Notes under the pieces: generated by a model
Told to the model about the DNA's origin: nothing
The model's database searches: none
The model's input: only the letters and a program-made list of their open reading frames with translations
Made by a program: the position numbers and the translations under genes
In this document: piece by piece, positions 47,286-58,100 of the stretch
How positions within the stretch are numbered: the stretch's first letter is position 1
Layout of the letters: every line of letters starts with the position of its first letter
Virus record (IMG/VR): IMGVR_UViG_3300025009_000050
Span: 124,001-188,000 of that record
DNA length: 64,000 bases
Reading direction: 5' to 3' (one strand)

Positions 47286-47827
47286 TATTCATCACCATCC
47301 GGTAGTGGTAATCCTAATCCACTGATTATATTCTTTATGTCTGTACTATACTTAACAGGATTATTGTCCTTAAGATATGGAGGCAATAGGATTTGAACAT
47401 GTTCCCATCCCTTTGCAGTTTTTACTTCATAATCACACATTAACTTAAAATTACGTGGACTTGTACTAACTCCAAGAGGAGCAATACCGCACCATTCATA
47501 TATTGAGGGATTGAATTTCCATGAGTTCCATATAAGTCCATCTGGATTAGTCAGTAGATTAACTCGATTGCCAAATACATTTACCTTAGGGGAGAAGATG
47601 TTAGCAGACTGTGCAGTAGGGTCTAGTCTTATTCCAATGGTTTCGCCAACGAAAGAGTCTATGCAGCCGTCATCACATATCCTAACTACTGAATTGTTAT
47701 CCCAGTGATGAATTCCTACTTCTTCTTTCTGGAAATATTCAATCGTATCTCTATCACTAACATCTATATGCCCATTATCAATGTTGTCTAACTTCCTCTT
47801 ATATAAGCTTTTGCTAGGTCCTTGCAT
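47285..47827 (-). CDS. Hypothetical baseplate protein, possibly the beta-helical half of the central spike (180 aa)
   Basis: Short beta-strand repeats EVGIHH...SVVRICDDGCIDSFVG...GIRLD; lies between the OB-fold-like gene and gp25-like gene. Confidence 0.5.
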   Translation of the reverse strand: MQGPSKSLYKRKLDNIDNGHIDVSDRDTIEYFQKEEVGIHHWDNNSVVRICDDGCIDSFVGETIGIRLDPTAQSANIFSPKVNVFGNRVNLLTNPDGLIWNSWKFNPSIYEWCGIAPLGVSTSPRNFKLMCDYEVKTAKGWEHVQILLPPYLKDNNPVKYSTDIKNIISGLGLPLPDGDE

Positions 47828-47829
47828 AA

Positions 47830-48201
47830 TTATCCTCCAATACGTCCTAGATATTTAGGTACTTGTGGTCCATGGTGCACCTTAAGATCTTCTTTTTCTT
47901 TCTTCTCTGTGAATATTGTTGTGATGATTGGTGTTGTAGGGCTATTAAAAGTTACCCATACTTCAGTGCCAACGTTAAGAGCTACTAATTTAGTTCCACG
48001 TCCATGATCCTCAACTGGAACATCATAAAACATTACCGGAACACCAGAGTTTGGTTCCATCATATTTATTGCAGCCAGTTTCTTTATATAATCATAATGA
48101 AGTACTACACCTGGTCCTCCATTATTATTATGTTTCATAGAAGGATCTACCAATTTGTCATATATAGCTCTTCCAAGCGGATTCATGTGTTGCTTAAGCA
48201 T
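47830..48201 (-). CDS. Putative spike (gpV/gp5) OB-fold-like protein (123 aa)
   Basis: GVVLHYD...DVPV...LNVGTEVWVTF...PIIT pattern typical of gpV N-terminal OB folds, in the expected position. Confidence 0.55.
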   Translation of the reverse strand: MLKQHMNPLGRAIYDKLVDPSMKHNNNGGPGVVLHYDYIKKLAAINMMEPNSGVPVMFYDVPVEDHGRGTKLVALNVGTEVWVTFNSPTTPIITTIFTEKKEKEDLKVHHGPQVPKYLGRIGG

Positions 48202-48213
48202 ATTAGATCCCTC

Positions 48214-48885
48214 CTAATAATTCCACGTTCTGCCCGGTCCAAAATCAATGTGAACGAATCCAGAGCCAACCTCTATCCCACCAAATCCATATGCTCTAGC
48301 AGCATTAGCTAAGTCTTCAGCTACCTTTCCACTATATGAAGCATCCACAGCTCCACCAGCTAGATGCATACTCCATGGAGCTGCATTCTTTATCGAGTCA
48401 TTATACGCTCTTGACCTAAAGCCAGAGCTTATCTTAAAAGTATTCCATCCGAGGTACGCAACAAAACTAGTTAGATATTGTGCGTATGCAGGGTGGAAAT
48501 TGTTCCACCCTGCAAAAACATTATCGCTACTCTTAAATATACTAGTGTCTAGGCTGACGTAACCAGAGAAGTTTGAGGACATACACTTCTTAATAAATGC
48601 CACTTGACTTCCTGTAACTATCTGTACCTTCCCTATACCACGTGGATTAGTAAAGCCAGATATAGTACTAGCAGCAGCCGCTTCAGAAGTAGGAAGATTA
48701 GAGTTATCACTATCTTCAGAGCTTCCACTATTCTCTTGAACATTTCCATTTACGTTTTGGATATACTTCCAGTAGTTTAATAAAGACAATGAGTACTTAG
48801 AGTCAGCAAGTTCTTGATTACGATTAAGGGTTTCTTGAGGAGTTGAGTCCCCAGTTAAATAAGCTAATATGTCTAAATAGGACAT
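48214..48885 (-). CDS. Peptidase M15A-family Zn peptidoglycan peptidase (223 aa)
   Basis: ISSGFRS...SMHLAGGAVD (SxHxxGxAxD) and GFVHIDFG in the C-terminal ~110 aa. Confidence 0.9.
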   Translation of the reverse strand: MSYLDILAYLTGDSTPQETLNRNQELADSKYSLSLLNYWKYIQNVNGNVQENSGSSEDSDNSNLPTSEAAAASTISGFTNPRGIGKVQIVTGSQVAFIKKCMSSNFSGYVSLDTSIFKSSDNVFAGWNNFHPAYAQYLTSFVAYLGWNTFKISSGFRSRAYNDSIKNAAPWSMHLAGGAVDASYSGKVAEDLANAARAYGFGGIEVGSGFVHIDFGPGRTWNY

Positions 48886-48896
48886 GCAATCTCCTC

Positions 48897-51800
48897 CTAC
48901 ATATGATCTTCAGTATTGTGAGAAAACTTGTAGTCATCTCCGGTTAGTTCATTAAACAACCGTGGTATTCCAGAACCAGCACCCTTACCTTTGCCTTCCC
49001 AGAATAAATCCATTTTGCTTGGCTTATCTCCAATTACACACCCTTGATGGCCATTAAGTCCTGCAACAAGATTCTTGCCATGCGATCTGAGTGGTACAAC
49101 AATAATGGCTTGTCTATTCCTCTTCTGTCTTTTATAGGCTTCGAATATGCTATCAGCAAGAATCGTCAATCCAACTTCAGCTATTGTAGCGATGCCAAAT
49201 GGTGACAATGCCAGCCTAGCCACCATTGCTATGGATCTTCCAGAAAAAGCTAAAGCCCTACCCGTCTTTGCTGTTTGTAAGAATGTTTTCATCTTATCAT
49301 AGCCTTCAACTACATTTCCATACTTGCCGCTATAAGCAGCACTTCTTAATGATCTATTTATTTTAACATTCTTAAAGTACTCATATACTTTAGACCAATT
49401 CTTCTCCATCTTATATATATCTGCTCCCTCAGCCATAATATCATTAAGAACCCAATTATTCCCTGTAGCTTTCACAAGCATTTCAAGTCCTAACTCACCG
49501 AAGCTACTAGTTGTTCTTCTAGCAAATGCACCAAGTGAACTACCAGTTAGTTTCCTCCAAGCTCCTATTGCTGCCCAGTGTCCAGCAATATTAGCTGTAC
49601 TACCAGCTACGATTGTAGATGCCCAGTTAACATAATTTAAGAACATCTTATCATCTACTATTACGATAGCATCTGGACATATATTAGTAACAAATCCTGT
49701 ATCGTGACTTAGATGGTGAACGACTTGCTTCACGCCACACATGCCATGCATTTCATTTACTTCATCAGCAATATAACACATATCATGCGGCTTTATGGAT
49801 GGGTCTCCAATTACAGTAAGCTCTCCCTTATACATGTCCTTAACGAAGTCACGTAGTGTTTGTGCTGCAGCTGTATTGGCAAATCTCTTAGCATTTGTAT
49901 CCCCAAAATTGAAATAAGAATGTTCAAGGAAGTCTACATTAATTACGGCTGTTTTCTGCTTTTCTGGGTATATATCCTCGTCTGCATGTACGACCATAGA
50001 TGATTTAGGCACTCCACTCTTTGTCTTATACGAGGCTATAACGTTAGTGTAGACTCCTTCTTCTGAAGCTTTAATATTATTAGCTATAATATCACACCAA
50101 CTAAAGTATGTATGTATTTGGCAGAGTGGTTTACTAATCATCTCAGTAGCTGTTCGATCATATTTCTTATTGACCGGGTCCCATTTGTAGTTCCAAGCAT
50201 ATCTATCACATATTGGCCAGTGTGGTCTACCATAGAATAGCGTACTTCTAAACTCCATCGGTACCACGGTGGCTATATAGTCAGGGAATGCTACCGCTAA
50301 TGTTTGTGCTACGTCCCATACAGTTTTACCGAATAAAGGTACTACTATATTATCCTCATCACCTTTAGGGAATGGTACTCCCCAATGAAGATACCATCCC
50401 TGGTATAAATCATTCTTTGCATCTTCAGTTAAACTATCCTGTGCTACCAACGAATAAGGGTCCCAGATCCATTGACTATGGACACCAGTACCAGTTGAAG
50501 TATATATATTAGCAGCTATCTCACCTAGTTTTTCATCCCTTTTCCATGGCAATAGCGAATCTAATTTACCTTCTGGAAATGGAAAATCACGGGGATTACC
50601 AAAGTGAGTTATGCCAAGTGGGTTTTCTGGCCTATCAAATAAATTCCATAACCATTGCTTATCAGGTTCTTTCTGGTTTATCACCTGTTCTATCCAATTC
50701 CATACCGGATTGTTGTGTCTTGCCATAAGATAACATAGAGTACTTCTAGCCTCACTGTTCATATGAGAGCCGTCATTCAGTTTGTCTGGTTCTCCACCAA
50801 TCTGGTTGCATAACTCAAGACCGTCACCTTGAGCTACTATTTCAATAATATCTCCACCAGAATCAAGTTCTGTTATAGAGCCATTAAACATTATAGGTAG
50901 AGCTTGAGCATTAGATCCATATCCCATTCTTAAATGTATCCTAGCTCCTGTTTGTAGGTATAACGCAGACACATATTCCTTCCTGGCGTCAATCAATGAT
51001 TGATGATTGAATTGACCAAAGAATAGCTCATTCCATTCATACTTCTGATCGTACTTAGGATATTCAAGATTCATATCATATCTAGTCAAGTTATCATATA
51101 CATTAGTCATCCTAATGACACAAGTATCAGCGGCTATCTTCCTAGACTTGATTATGTCTATAGATTGAATAGAGTTAAATCCGTAGAAGTTATCCCACAG
51201 TTTAATCCAACTAACCCAACGACCTTCATCTATGAGTAGCATTTGGAATGATGGGAACGCTCTGAGTAGTCTTCCTCTGTGATCAGTTTCTAGCATGTCA
51301 GTAAATGAATCTCTAACTATCTTATTGTTATCAATCTGCGGTTCATGTGGACTAAAATTAATTTTAGTTGGTGAATTAGCTGCAGACATCTTTCCTTCTG
51401 TTTGATCTTCAACTTCAGATGGATAATCTGCATGGACTCCAGTTGTAGGAGGAGTATATTTCGTACCAAGCATTTCAGATCTAGTAGAACTAGAACCAGC
51501 CGATTTAAACTTCTCATACCATTTCTTAACCTTTGTGTAATAATCCCATGAACTTGGAGCGGTCAAATCATCTACATTTCCTTTGTTGTAAGCAACTACA
51601 GCCCAACCATATATATCTTCAGAATACTTAGGATTCTTTAATTTAGTTACTGCTATTATCTTTTCTATATAATATTTAGTACATACGTGAATATTATATT
51701 TCCAATCCCATGCTATTCTTCTAGCAGTTTCCAAGGTTAAACCATGTTGATCTAGCATATATTGTCCAAGTCCTACAGCAGATGAACCCTCTTCGTTCCA

Positions 51801-54800
51801 ATATGGCTTTTTATTTATAAATTGTAACCAAGATCTACTTTCTTGTGTTATGATAGCTTTCATCCATAATACAGCTGGCTCTTTAAGCATATCAGTACCT
51901 GTTAGCAAATGATCTACTTCTGATTCAATTGCTCTAGCAACAGCTTCCTCGTCTGGATTAACACCAATATGACTAGCAAAGTACTCTCCTTCTTCCTCGT
52001 GTCCTTTAAACCATCTATTTATTTCATTTTCAGTTGGTGAATAATTTATCATTGATTTATTACTTACATTCGGTTCGCTAACAGCCCTGTATTGCATAAT
52101 ATCAACATTAATCGCACTTTCACTTGAATCCCCATTTATCTTAACTGGAGGCTTTTCATCGGCATCAATATTAGATATATCATTCTTATATTGCTCTTGC
52201 TTTGCCTTCCCATATTTCTTATTAAGCTCTAGGTCTTCTTTAATCTTAGCCTCTGAGTACTTCTTTAGTTCATCACTCACTTTATATAATGGTTGATATG
52301 TTTCATTCTCATTAAGAGTAAGACTTGTAGGTACTCTGAGAGATGCTGTTCCTATCCTACATTTTATATCCATACCAGCTTTCTTCTCATCCTTCTCCTG
52401 TTCTTCCTTGTTTATCATATCACGCAAGTCTTTTCTGAGTGTATGCGGAGTATATATGAAGAAATCAGGATCAACAAACTTACCTGCTGACCAACCAGCC
52501 TCCTGAGGAAAGATATAGTTTATATTCGCTTTAGTAGTAAAGGTCTTAAGCTCGTCCCATGTAGGAAGTTCTAAGTCTGGATATACTTCAATATTTTTAA
52601 GTCTTTCTTCAACTATAACTTCTTCCATGCCGTAGAAAGATTTTACATTATTGAGATTGACTCCTTCTCCAGTGTTTAATGACTTCAGTCTTTCAGACCT
52701 ACGCTGAGTTTTATCAAAGCCAATCAGAGTAAGCACTATTTCATATCTATCTGGGAAACCACGTACGGTATTCACTGTTACATTTTCTACTAGTGTATAT
52801 CGAACTCCGAATAAATTTACTATTGGGTTATTAATCCCAAGATATCCACACACCATACCGAACTTGTAATCCCTAGTATATCTCTCAGCATCCCTGATCA
52901 TTTTAACAAGGTTCTTAACTGGCTCCTTACCTACCGAAGTCATGCTTATTTGTATGTAGGCATCCTGAGAGCCTAAATATTGATGAGTAGAGGCTTCACA
53001 TTGTTGTATCTGCATTGAACTAATTATATTTTCTAGACCAACATGGATGGATTCCACAACGAGACCCTTTATTCGTAACTCATCCATTAAAATGTTTTCT
53101 TCTGCGTTCTCAATCCTTTGTTGTCGTTGTTTCAAGTCATCTAATTTCTCAGCAAAATCATCTTGCTGAGTTTCATATCTATCTGCAATTGTATCTAATA
53201 GATGTTTGTCTTCTACATCAATCACATACCAACCATTTGATGGTTCGCCATAACCGTTAGCCTTCAGTAACTCAATATTTTGGTATGCGGTAATATTTAC
53301 ACGATACCTGCGTTTAGTATAATACATGGGATCACGTTTTACATATACTCCTGGAGCTTGGAATCTAATATCTTCCATCTTAGAATCTTGTATTCCAGTC
53401 AATTCATCTACTGAGACATCTTTGATTACTCCACTTGGCCAAGTCTCAGCTATCTTCTCGTATGCTTCTTGTTGCATAAATGCTTCTTCGCATCCTTCTC
53501 CATCACTATTAATCTTACTCCAAAGAGTATTAGAATCTGGGTATGTCATATCAAGCTTGCTCTTAGACTTTAGTAGCTCAGCTACCTCTTGTTTAATCTG
53601 CATCAAGTTAGATTCATTAGCTAATCTAAAAACTAAATCAGTACTACTGCCGTCTAATGGCTTAAGGTATATTCTATCTGCAGATCGCTCATTCATTGGC
53701 CCTTGGCAATACCACCTGAATAGTGGCCAACAGAAGGAGTCATAGAAGTCGTCCGTATAAGGCATATATGCTTGATGGTCAAACTTTAACATAGTTATAT
53801 TAACAACTATACAATCAGGGAATCCTGGTACAGTTTGAGCAGTCATATTGACTAATGTTACAGATTCTACCCCATGTACTTCTTCAAGGTAATCATTTTG
53901 GATAGGAACGAATGGGCTCTTCTTGAATTGAGATACTAGAGGTCTTAAGCCATTTACGTAGAATGTTGAACCATCGTTACCCTTAACTGGATAACCATTA
54001 ATATAGTCTTTATTATGGAAGAACAGTTCAACTTGTACTGCTATATCAGAGAACCCTGTCTTAGTTTGGATACTGCTCTTACTGCGTAATACAGGTACTT
54101 TATTGATCTTAGACTGTCTTGTTACTGTTATAGCCTGTGGAGGTATAGCTAATTCTACATCTCCTATTAGCATATAGCCAGGAGGTCTATTATCGCGCGG
54201 CATACGCTCATTCTCCATAGGTTCAACGAGATTTAGATTAGAGTTATAACCGACTTGTGGTCTATAATTTATGCTTGTTACGGTGGGATCTACTACTTCA
54301 GGTTTCCTCTTTTTATGAGTAGTCCATGATGATACGGAGACATGCCCGCTATTCATATTCATTACATCGCCAAGATTACTCTCGATCAAGCTTCTATTCA
54401 CATTCACAGAATTATACTCATCTGTGTATACTACGGCAAGTCTACGATTATAAATGTCTGTAGCAAATACTATTTCACCATCAGTCTTACTTAATACAGA
54501 TAAATCTAAGACTACAATACTACCCTCTTCTAGTATGCTTTTTGTAAACTCTTTAGCTTTTTCACCAATAGCACGTGCCTCATCTAAACTAAGGCCCTCA
54601 GTTATTGAGTAAGCGCTGGAATGAGTCTCTTGATACTGGTTACCAGATGTTTCAGGACAATTCACTCCTATGAAGCGCACATTAAAAGATGTATCTTCTG
54701 GTTCTAAGCCACATGCTTCGATAGTATCTCCGTCAATAACCCTAATTACCGAAGCTCTCATTATGTGATTCTGTAGCGTATCTATTGTAGGTTTATCCTC

Positions 54801-54815
54801 ATAATAAAGAGCCAT
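48897..54815 (-). CDS. Baseplate hub-like protein fused to an N-terminal thermonuclease (SNase) domain and a central SLT lytic transglycosylase
   Basis: SNase motifs VIDGDT, VRFIGVNCPE, DIYNRRLAVVY. SLT motifs AIITQES, AVGLGQ, AVVAYNKG. Hub-like ADTCVIRMTN...RIHLRMGYGS...FNGSITE. Start placed at ATG 54815 (TAATG overlap, GGGAGG upstream) rather than the track's TTG at 54830. Confidence 0.82.
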   Translation of the reverse strand: MALYYEDKPTIDTLQNHIMRASVIRVIDGDTIEACGLEPEDTSFNVRFIGVNCPETSGNQYQETHSSAYSITEGLSLDEARAIGEKAKEFTKSILEEGSIVVLDLSVLSKTDGEIVFATDIYNRRLAVVYTDEYNSVNVNRSLIESNLGDVMNMNSGHVSVSSWTTHKKRKPEVVDPTVTSINYRPQVGYNSNLNLVEPMENERMPRDNRPPGYMLIGDVELAIPPQAITVTRQSKINKVPVLRSKSSIQTKTGFSDIAVQVELFFHNKDYINGYPVKGNDGSTFYVNGLRPLVSQFKKSPFVPIQNDYLEEVHGVESVTLVNMTAQTVPGFPDCIVVNITMLKFDHQAYMPYTDDFYDSFCWPLFRWYCQGPMNERSADRIYLKPLDGSSTDLVFRLANESNLMQIKQEVAELLKSKSKLDMTYPDSNTLWSKINSDGEGCEEAFMQQEAYEKIAETWPSGVIKDVSVDELTGIQDSKMEDIRFQAPGVYVKRDPMYYTKRRYRVNITAYQNIELLKANGYGEPSNGWYVIDVEDKHLLDTIADRYETQQDDFAEKLDDLKQRQQRIENAEENILMDELRIKGLVVESIHVGLENIISSMQIQQCEASTHQYLGSQDAYIQISMTSVGKEPVKNLVKMIRDAERYTRDYKFGMVCGYLGINNPIVNLFGVRYTLVENVTVNTVRGFPDRYEIVLTLIGFDKTQRRSERLKSLNTGEGVNLNNVKSFYGMEEVIVEERLKNIEVYPDLELPTWDELKTFTTKANINYIFPQEAGWSAGKFVDPDFFIYTPHTLRKDLRDMINKEEQEKDEKKAGMDIKCRIGTASLRVPTSLTLNENETYQPLYKVSDELKKYSEAKIKEDLELNKKYGKAKQEQYKNDISNIDADEKPPVKINGDSSESAINVDIMQYRAVSEPNVSNKSMINYSPTENEINRWFKGHEEEGEYFASHIGVNPDEEAVARAIESEVDHLLTGTDMLKEPAVLWMKAIITQESRSWLQFINKKPYWNEEGSSAVGLGQYMLDQHGLTLETARRIAWDWKYNIHVCTKYYIEKIIAVTKLKNPKYSEDIYGWAVVAYNKGNVDDLTAPSSWDYYTKVKKWYEKFKSAGSSSTRSEMLGTKYTPPTTGVHADYPSEVEDQTEGKMSAANSPTKINFSPHEPQIDNNKIVRDSFTDMLETDHRGRLLRAFPSFQMLLIDEGRWVSWIKLWDNFYGFNSIQSIDIIKSRKIAADTCVIRMTNVYDNLTRYDMNLEYPKYDQKYEWNELFFGQFNHQSLIDARKEYVSALYLQTGARIHLRMGYGSNAQALPIMFNGSITELDSGGDIIEIVAQGDGLELCNQIGGEPDKLNDGSHMNSEARSTLCYLMARHNNPVWNWIEQVINQKEPDKQWLWNLFDRPENPLGITHFGNPRDFPFPEGKLDSLLPWKRDEKLGEIAANIYTSTGTGVHSQWIWDPYSLVAQDSLTEDAKNDLYQGWYLHWGVPFPKGDEDNIVVPLFGKTVWDVAQTLAVAFPDYIATVVPMEFRSTLFYGRPHWPICDRYAWNYKWDPVNKKYDRTATEMISKPLCQIHTYFSWCDIIANNIKASEEGVYTNVIASYKTKSGVPKSSMVVHADEDIYPEKQKTAVINVDFLEHSYFNFGDTNAKRFANTAAAQTLRDFVKDMYKGELTVIGDPSIKPHDMCYIADEVNEMHGMCGVKQVVHHLSHDTGFVTNICPDAIVIVDDKMFLNYVNWASTIVAGSTANIAGHWAAIGAWRKLTGSSLGAFARRTTSSFGELGLEMLVKATGNNWVLNDIMAEGADIYKMEKNWSKVYEYFKNVKINRSLRSAAYSGKYGNVVEGYDKMKTFLQTAKTGRALAFSGRSIAMVARLALSPFGIATIAEVGLTILADSIFEAYKRQKRNRQAIIVVPLRSHGKNLVAGLNGHQGCVIGDKPSKMDLFWEGKGKGAGSGIPRLFNELTGDDYKFSHNTEDHM

Positions 54816-55099
54816 TATCTTCCCTCCCAATTAGCTAACTCTATATACATAATCGATTCATCAATATATTCAACATAAACATCGGCCCTAAATAGTTTCT
54901 TAGGAGTATTGTCTATAGGTTTGAATGGACCTAGCGTACTCATTAAGTTGTATAATTTAGGACCGATAGTATTGCTATCTGCTGGTTGTGGATTAGAATA
55001 TGTGTGAACATATTTCCCATCTACCCTTGCAGCTATATCCCACCTATCATAATCAGAATAGGATACACCTATTAACTTTCCACTAGATCTTATGATCAT
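54815..55099 (-). CDS. Small hypothetical protein (94 aa)
   Basis: GGAGG SD at 55108-55112; its TAA overlaps the ATG of the hub gene. Confidence 0.75.
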   Translation of the reverse strand: MIIRSSGKLIGVSYSDYDRWDIAARVDGKYVHTYSNPQPADSNTIGPKLYNLMSTLGPFKPIDNTPKKLFRADVYVEYIDESIMYIELANWEGR

Positions 55100-55111
55100 T
55101 CACGTATCCTC

Positions 55112-58100
55112 CTAGAATGCTTGGCCCTTGGTCAAGGCATTAGTTACAACGCTTTGCACCCACATATTATCTATCCTCTGAGTGTTATCATTAGACGTAA
55201 TATTCATATTCATATTAACTGGCATTGCAGATGATATCTGTCCTTGTACTAATTGTCCGATCTGCTCATTAGACAAGCCATTAGCATCCCTAGCTCTAAT
55301 CATAACCTGTAGGTTTTCGTAACCTTCTCCACTCTGTGTTATCCTAGCTACTGGTCCTCCAGGAGAAGCATCAGGAGTAGGTATATAACCACCGCCATCT
55401 ATGGGTGGAGCTTGGTCCGGCTGAGGCATCATGTCTTTAGGTAGAGGGTCTGCAAACATATTACCTACCATCATTAGTCCTGCAAATGCTCCAGCTCCCC
55501 ATCCTGCACCAGCTAATTTAGAGCCACCAGCGACATGTTCAACATCCCTGAATATATTTCGCATTGTTTGTTCGCCAACAGTAACCATGTCCGGCCTAGT
55601 TCTCTGGTCAGCATAGGCACTATTTAGAACCATATTAGATGAAGCCCTCTCATCTAATGCCCACTTGGTTCGTTGTTCAGCACGTTCAAATGCCTTTCTC
55701 TCTAGTTCCTCAGCCTTCTGCTCACCGTGCAATATCCTCCATACGTTTGTTACTGAGGAGGTTGGTGCTTCTCCAGAAAGGTTTCCATTTAACACATCGA
55801 CCAGGGTGTTAAGATTTTTAATCCCTGAACTTACGCCCATTCTATTTGTTGCGCTGTGTATTACCCCTTCTAGATCTCCACCCATAACAGTCTTTAGATC
55901 ATTGACAGCGCCAAACCCTTCATACACAGTAGCGATCTGACGAACTGCAAATTTAGAACTACCCTTTATTCCTCCACTATAGGCTTGTCTGCGGTACTCT
56001 TCCATGTCTGTAGCGTCTACATCCATAGCTCCTACTATCTTCGCATGTTCAATGAAGGTTTCTCTATCTCCACGAATCATTGCATTGACCATTTCGGATG
56101 AAGAACTTATTCTCTTATCAAGTAGCTTATTCCTCTCTGCTTCTTGTCCTGCAGAATCTATTCCAGCCCATTCATCAATTGTTTTTGCTAGATGATCATC
56201 AAGTGCAGATTTCGAGAAGTGTTTAGACGAGATAGAAGACTGTGTTACCAATTCACCGAGGGCTGTTACAGCTTGTGCTTTCTTCAAGTCAAACGACTGA
56301 GGATTTATTCTCATAGCAATCTCTGCCATCTTACGCATTGAAGTAGCTACGTTCGAAGAGTAACCAATATATGAGCGGCCAAGTCTTGCTTCTAATTCGG
56401 CTCTTGCGACGCTTCCTACGGTTTGTAGCTCTGCCTTTGGTAGATCTATATTTTCACCCGTATAAGCCTTCACCCAATCTCCGTATGATGCACTGCTACT
56501 CTTTCTATTGTCTGCTTCATATAGCTTAGATACTAATTCATCATAGAACTGTCTTCTAGGTTCTATCTCTCTTATATGCGCTGCTATTTCACCTATTGCA
56601 CCTGTGCCAGACCGTAGTTGAGATTCAATCTGCCATCTGGTTTTGCCTTTGAAGTGTGCAAGCAGAGTGGACATAAAATCACCATCGTTGTCTGCTGCAT
56701 AAGCTACGGCATCACCAACAGTTACTTGAATTGCATGAGGAGCTAGCCTATCTAATGCCTCGTTAACTCTGAGCCAGGTAGGTTCTATAGACCTTAAGCC
56801 TTCTGTAGGATAACGACCTACTATACCAGGCAGACCTTTAACTCCATACTTCTCCTGAAGTTCTCTAGTGTCTCCGAGTGCTAATTCTTCTAATAGCTCA
56901 GGAACACCTTTCTTCATACCCTTAGTCATTTCTCTTAATCTACCAAGGGATATTTCAGCAGTAGCTGCTGCTTTCTTTTGTCCAGGAGAGAATGTTTGAA
57001 CTAAGAATTGTCCGCTATGTTGGAGTCTAGCAGATTCTATACTGTTATAAACAAGACCTTTAGAATCGCTGACACCTCTGATGTTTACGTTGGTGAAATG
57101 ATCCATTGCCTTTTGTAGGCTTGTGCTTGCTTCTTTCCCTGTTAGGTCAAGCGTAGCTATGTCTTGGAGCGTTCTAATCACTCTACCACTTGCTGCTAAT
57201 AATTCATTAGCCTGTGGCATTTGAGCAACCCCTAGTTTCCTAGGCTGTCCTATAGGTAGAAAGACTTTATTGATTATATTATCACCAGCAGTTACATAGA
57301 ACGGTAACTCAAATACCGCTCCACCACGGGACAATATTTTCTCTGCCTTCTTTGGAGTAAGAGCTCCAGGTTCTCCAGAATGTACTTGGTTATTAGCTAT
57401 CTTCTCTATGTCGTCATACCACGTACCGGTATAGTCGATATCACTCTTGACATCTCCAGAACGTAGGAATCTTTTAAATGATGATAATGATACTCTGCCT
57501 TCTCCAGTTTCTCCTATAGGAGTCTGAGAATGTATTACTGTGTCTCTACTGTCTATCATTCCAGTTAGACTATTAATTGACCTTTCATACTTTCTTAACT
57601 GTGACTTTACTTCCTTCTTCCCAGCTTCTATGCGTCCATTTTCGCTAAGCTTGTCTGCAACTGCGCCATCTAATAGATCTACTCCAGCTTGTTCTCTAAC
57701 CATCTTCTCGTATTCTTTAGCTGTTGCAGTTAACCCATTAAGTCGAAACATGCCTATTTCCTTGGGTCCTATCTTGTATATACCACCCTCACTACCTACT
57801 GCTTTGAACCATGGTTCAATAGGTTGTGCTCCTACATTCTCATAACCAGTCATTATATTACCAACACCAGCAACATTAATTAATAACTTGTCCGTTAAGT
57901 TGCTTCCTATAATGTCACTTACTTTATCAAGCACTTGCGTCTTGAATAGCTTGTGATCTATTACTTGGTTCTTAGGATTATTGATCATCACAAGCATTTT
58001 ATTCTTGCTTCCTGGTACGTCTTCAAACTTGAACCCGCTATTGCCGAAGAAGTTATTGAGAACTTTGATTACATCATCTTCTACTTTGTTTCTTACTAGA

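Noticed and set aside
54816-54830. Track start (TTG, MGGKI...) for the hub gene
   Set aside because: The ATG at 54815 overlaps the upstream stop and has GGGAGG at suitable spacing, so the extra five codons are probably not translated.
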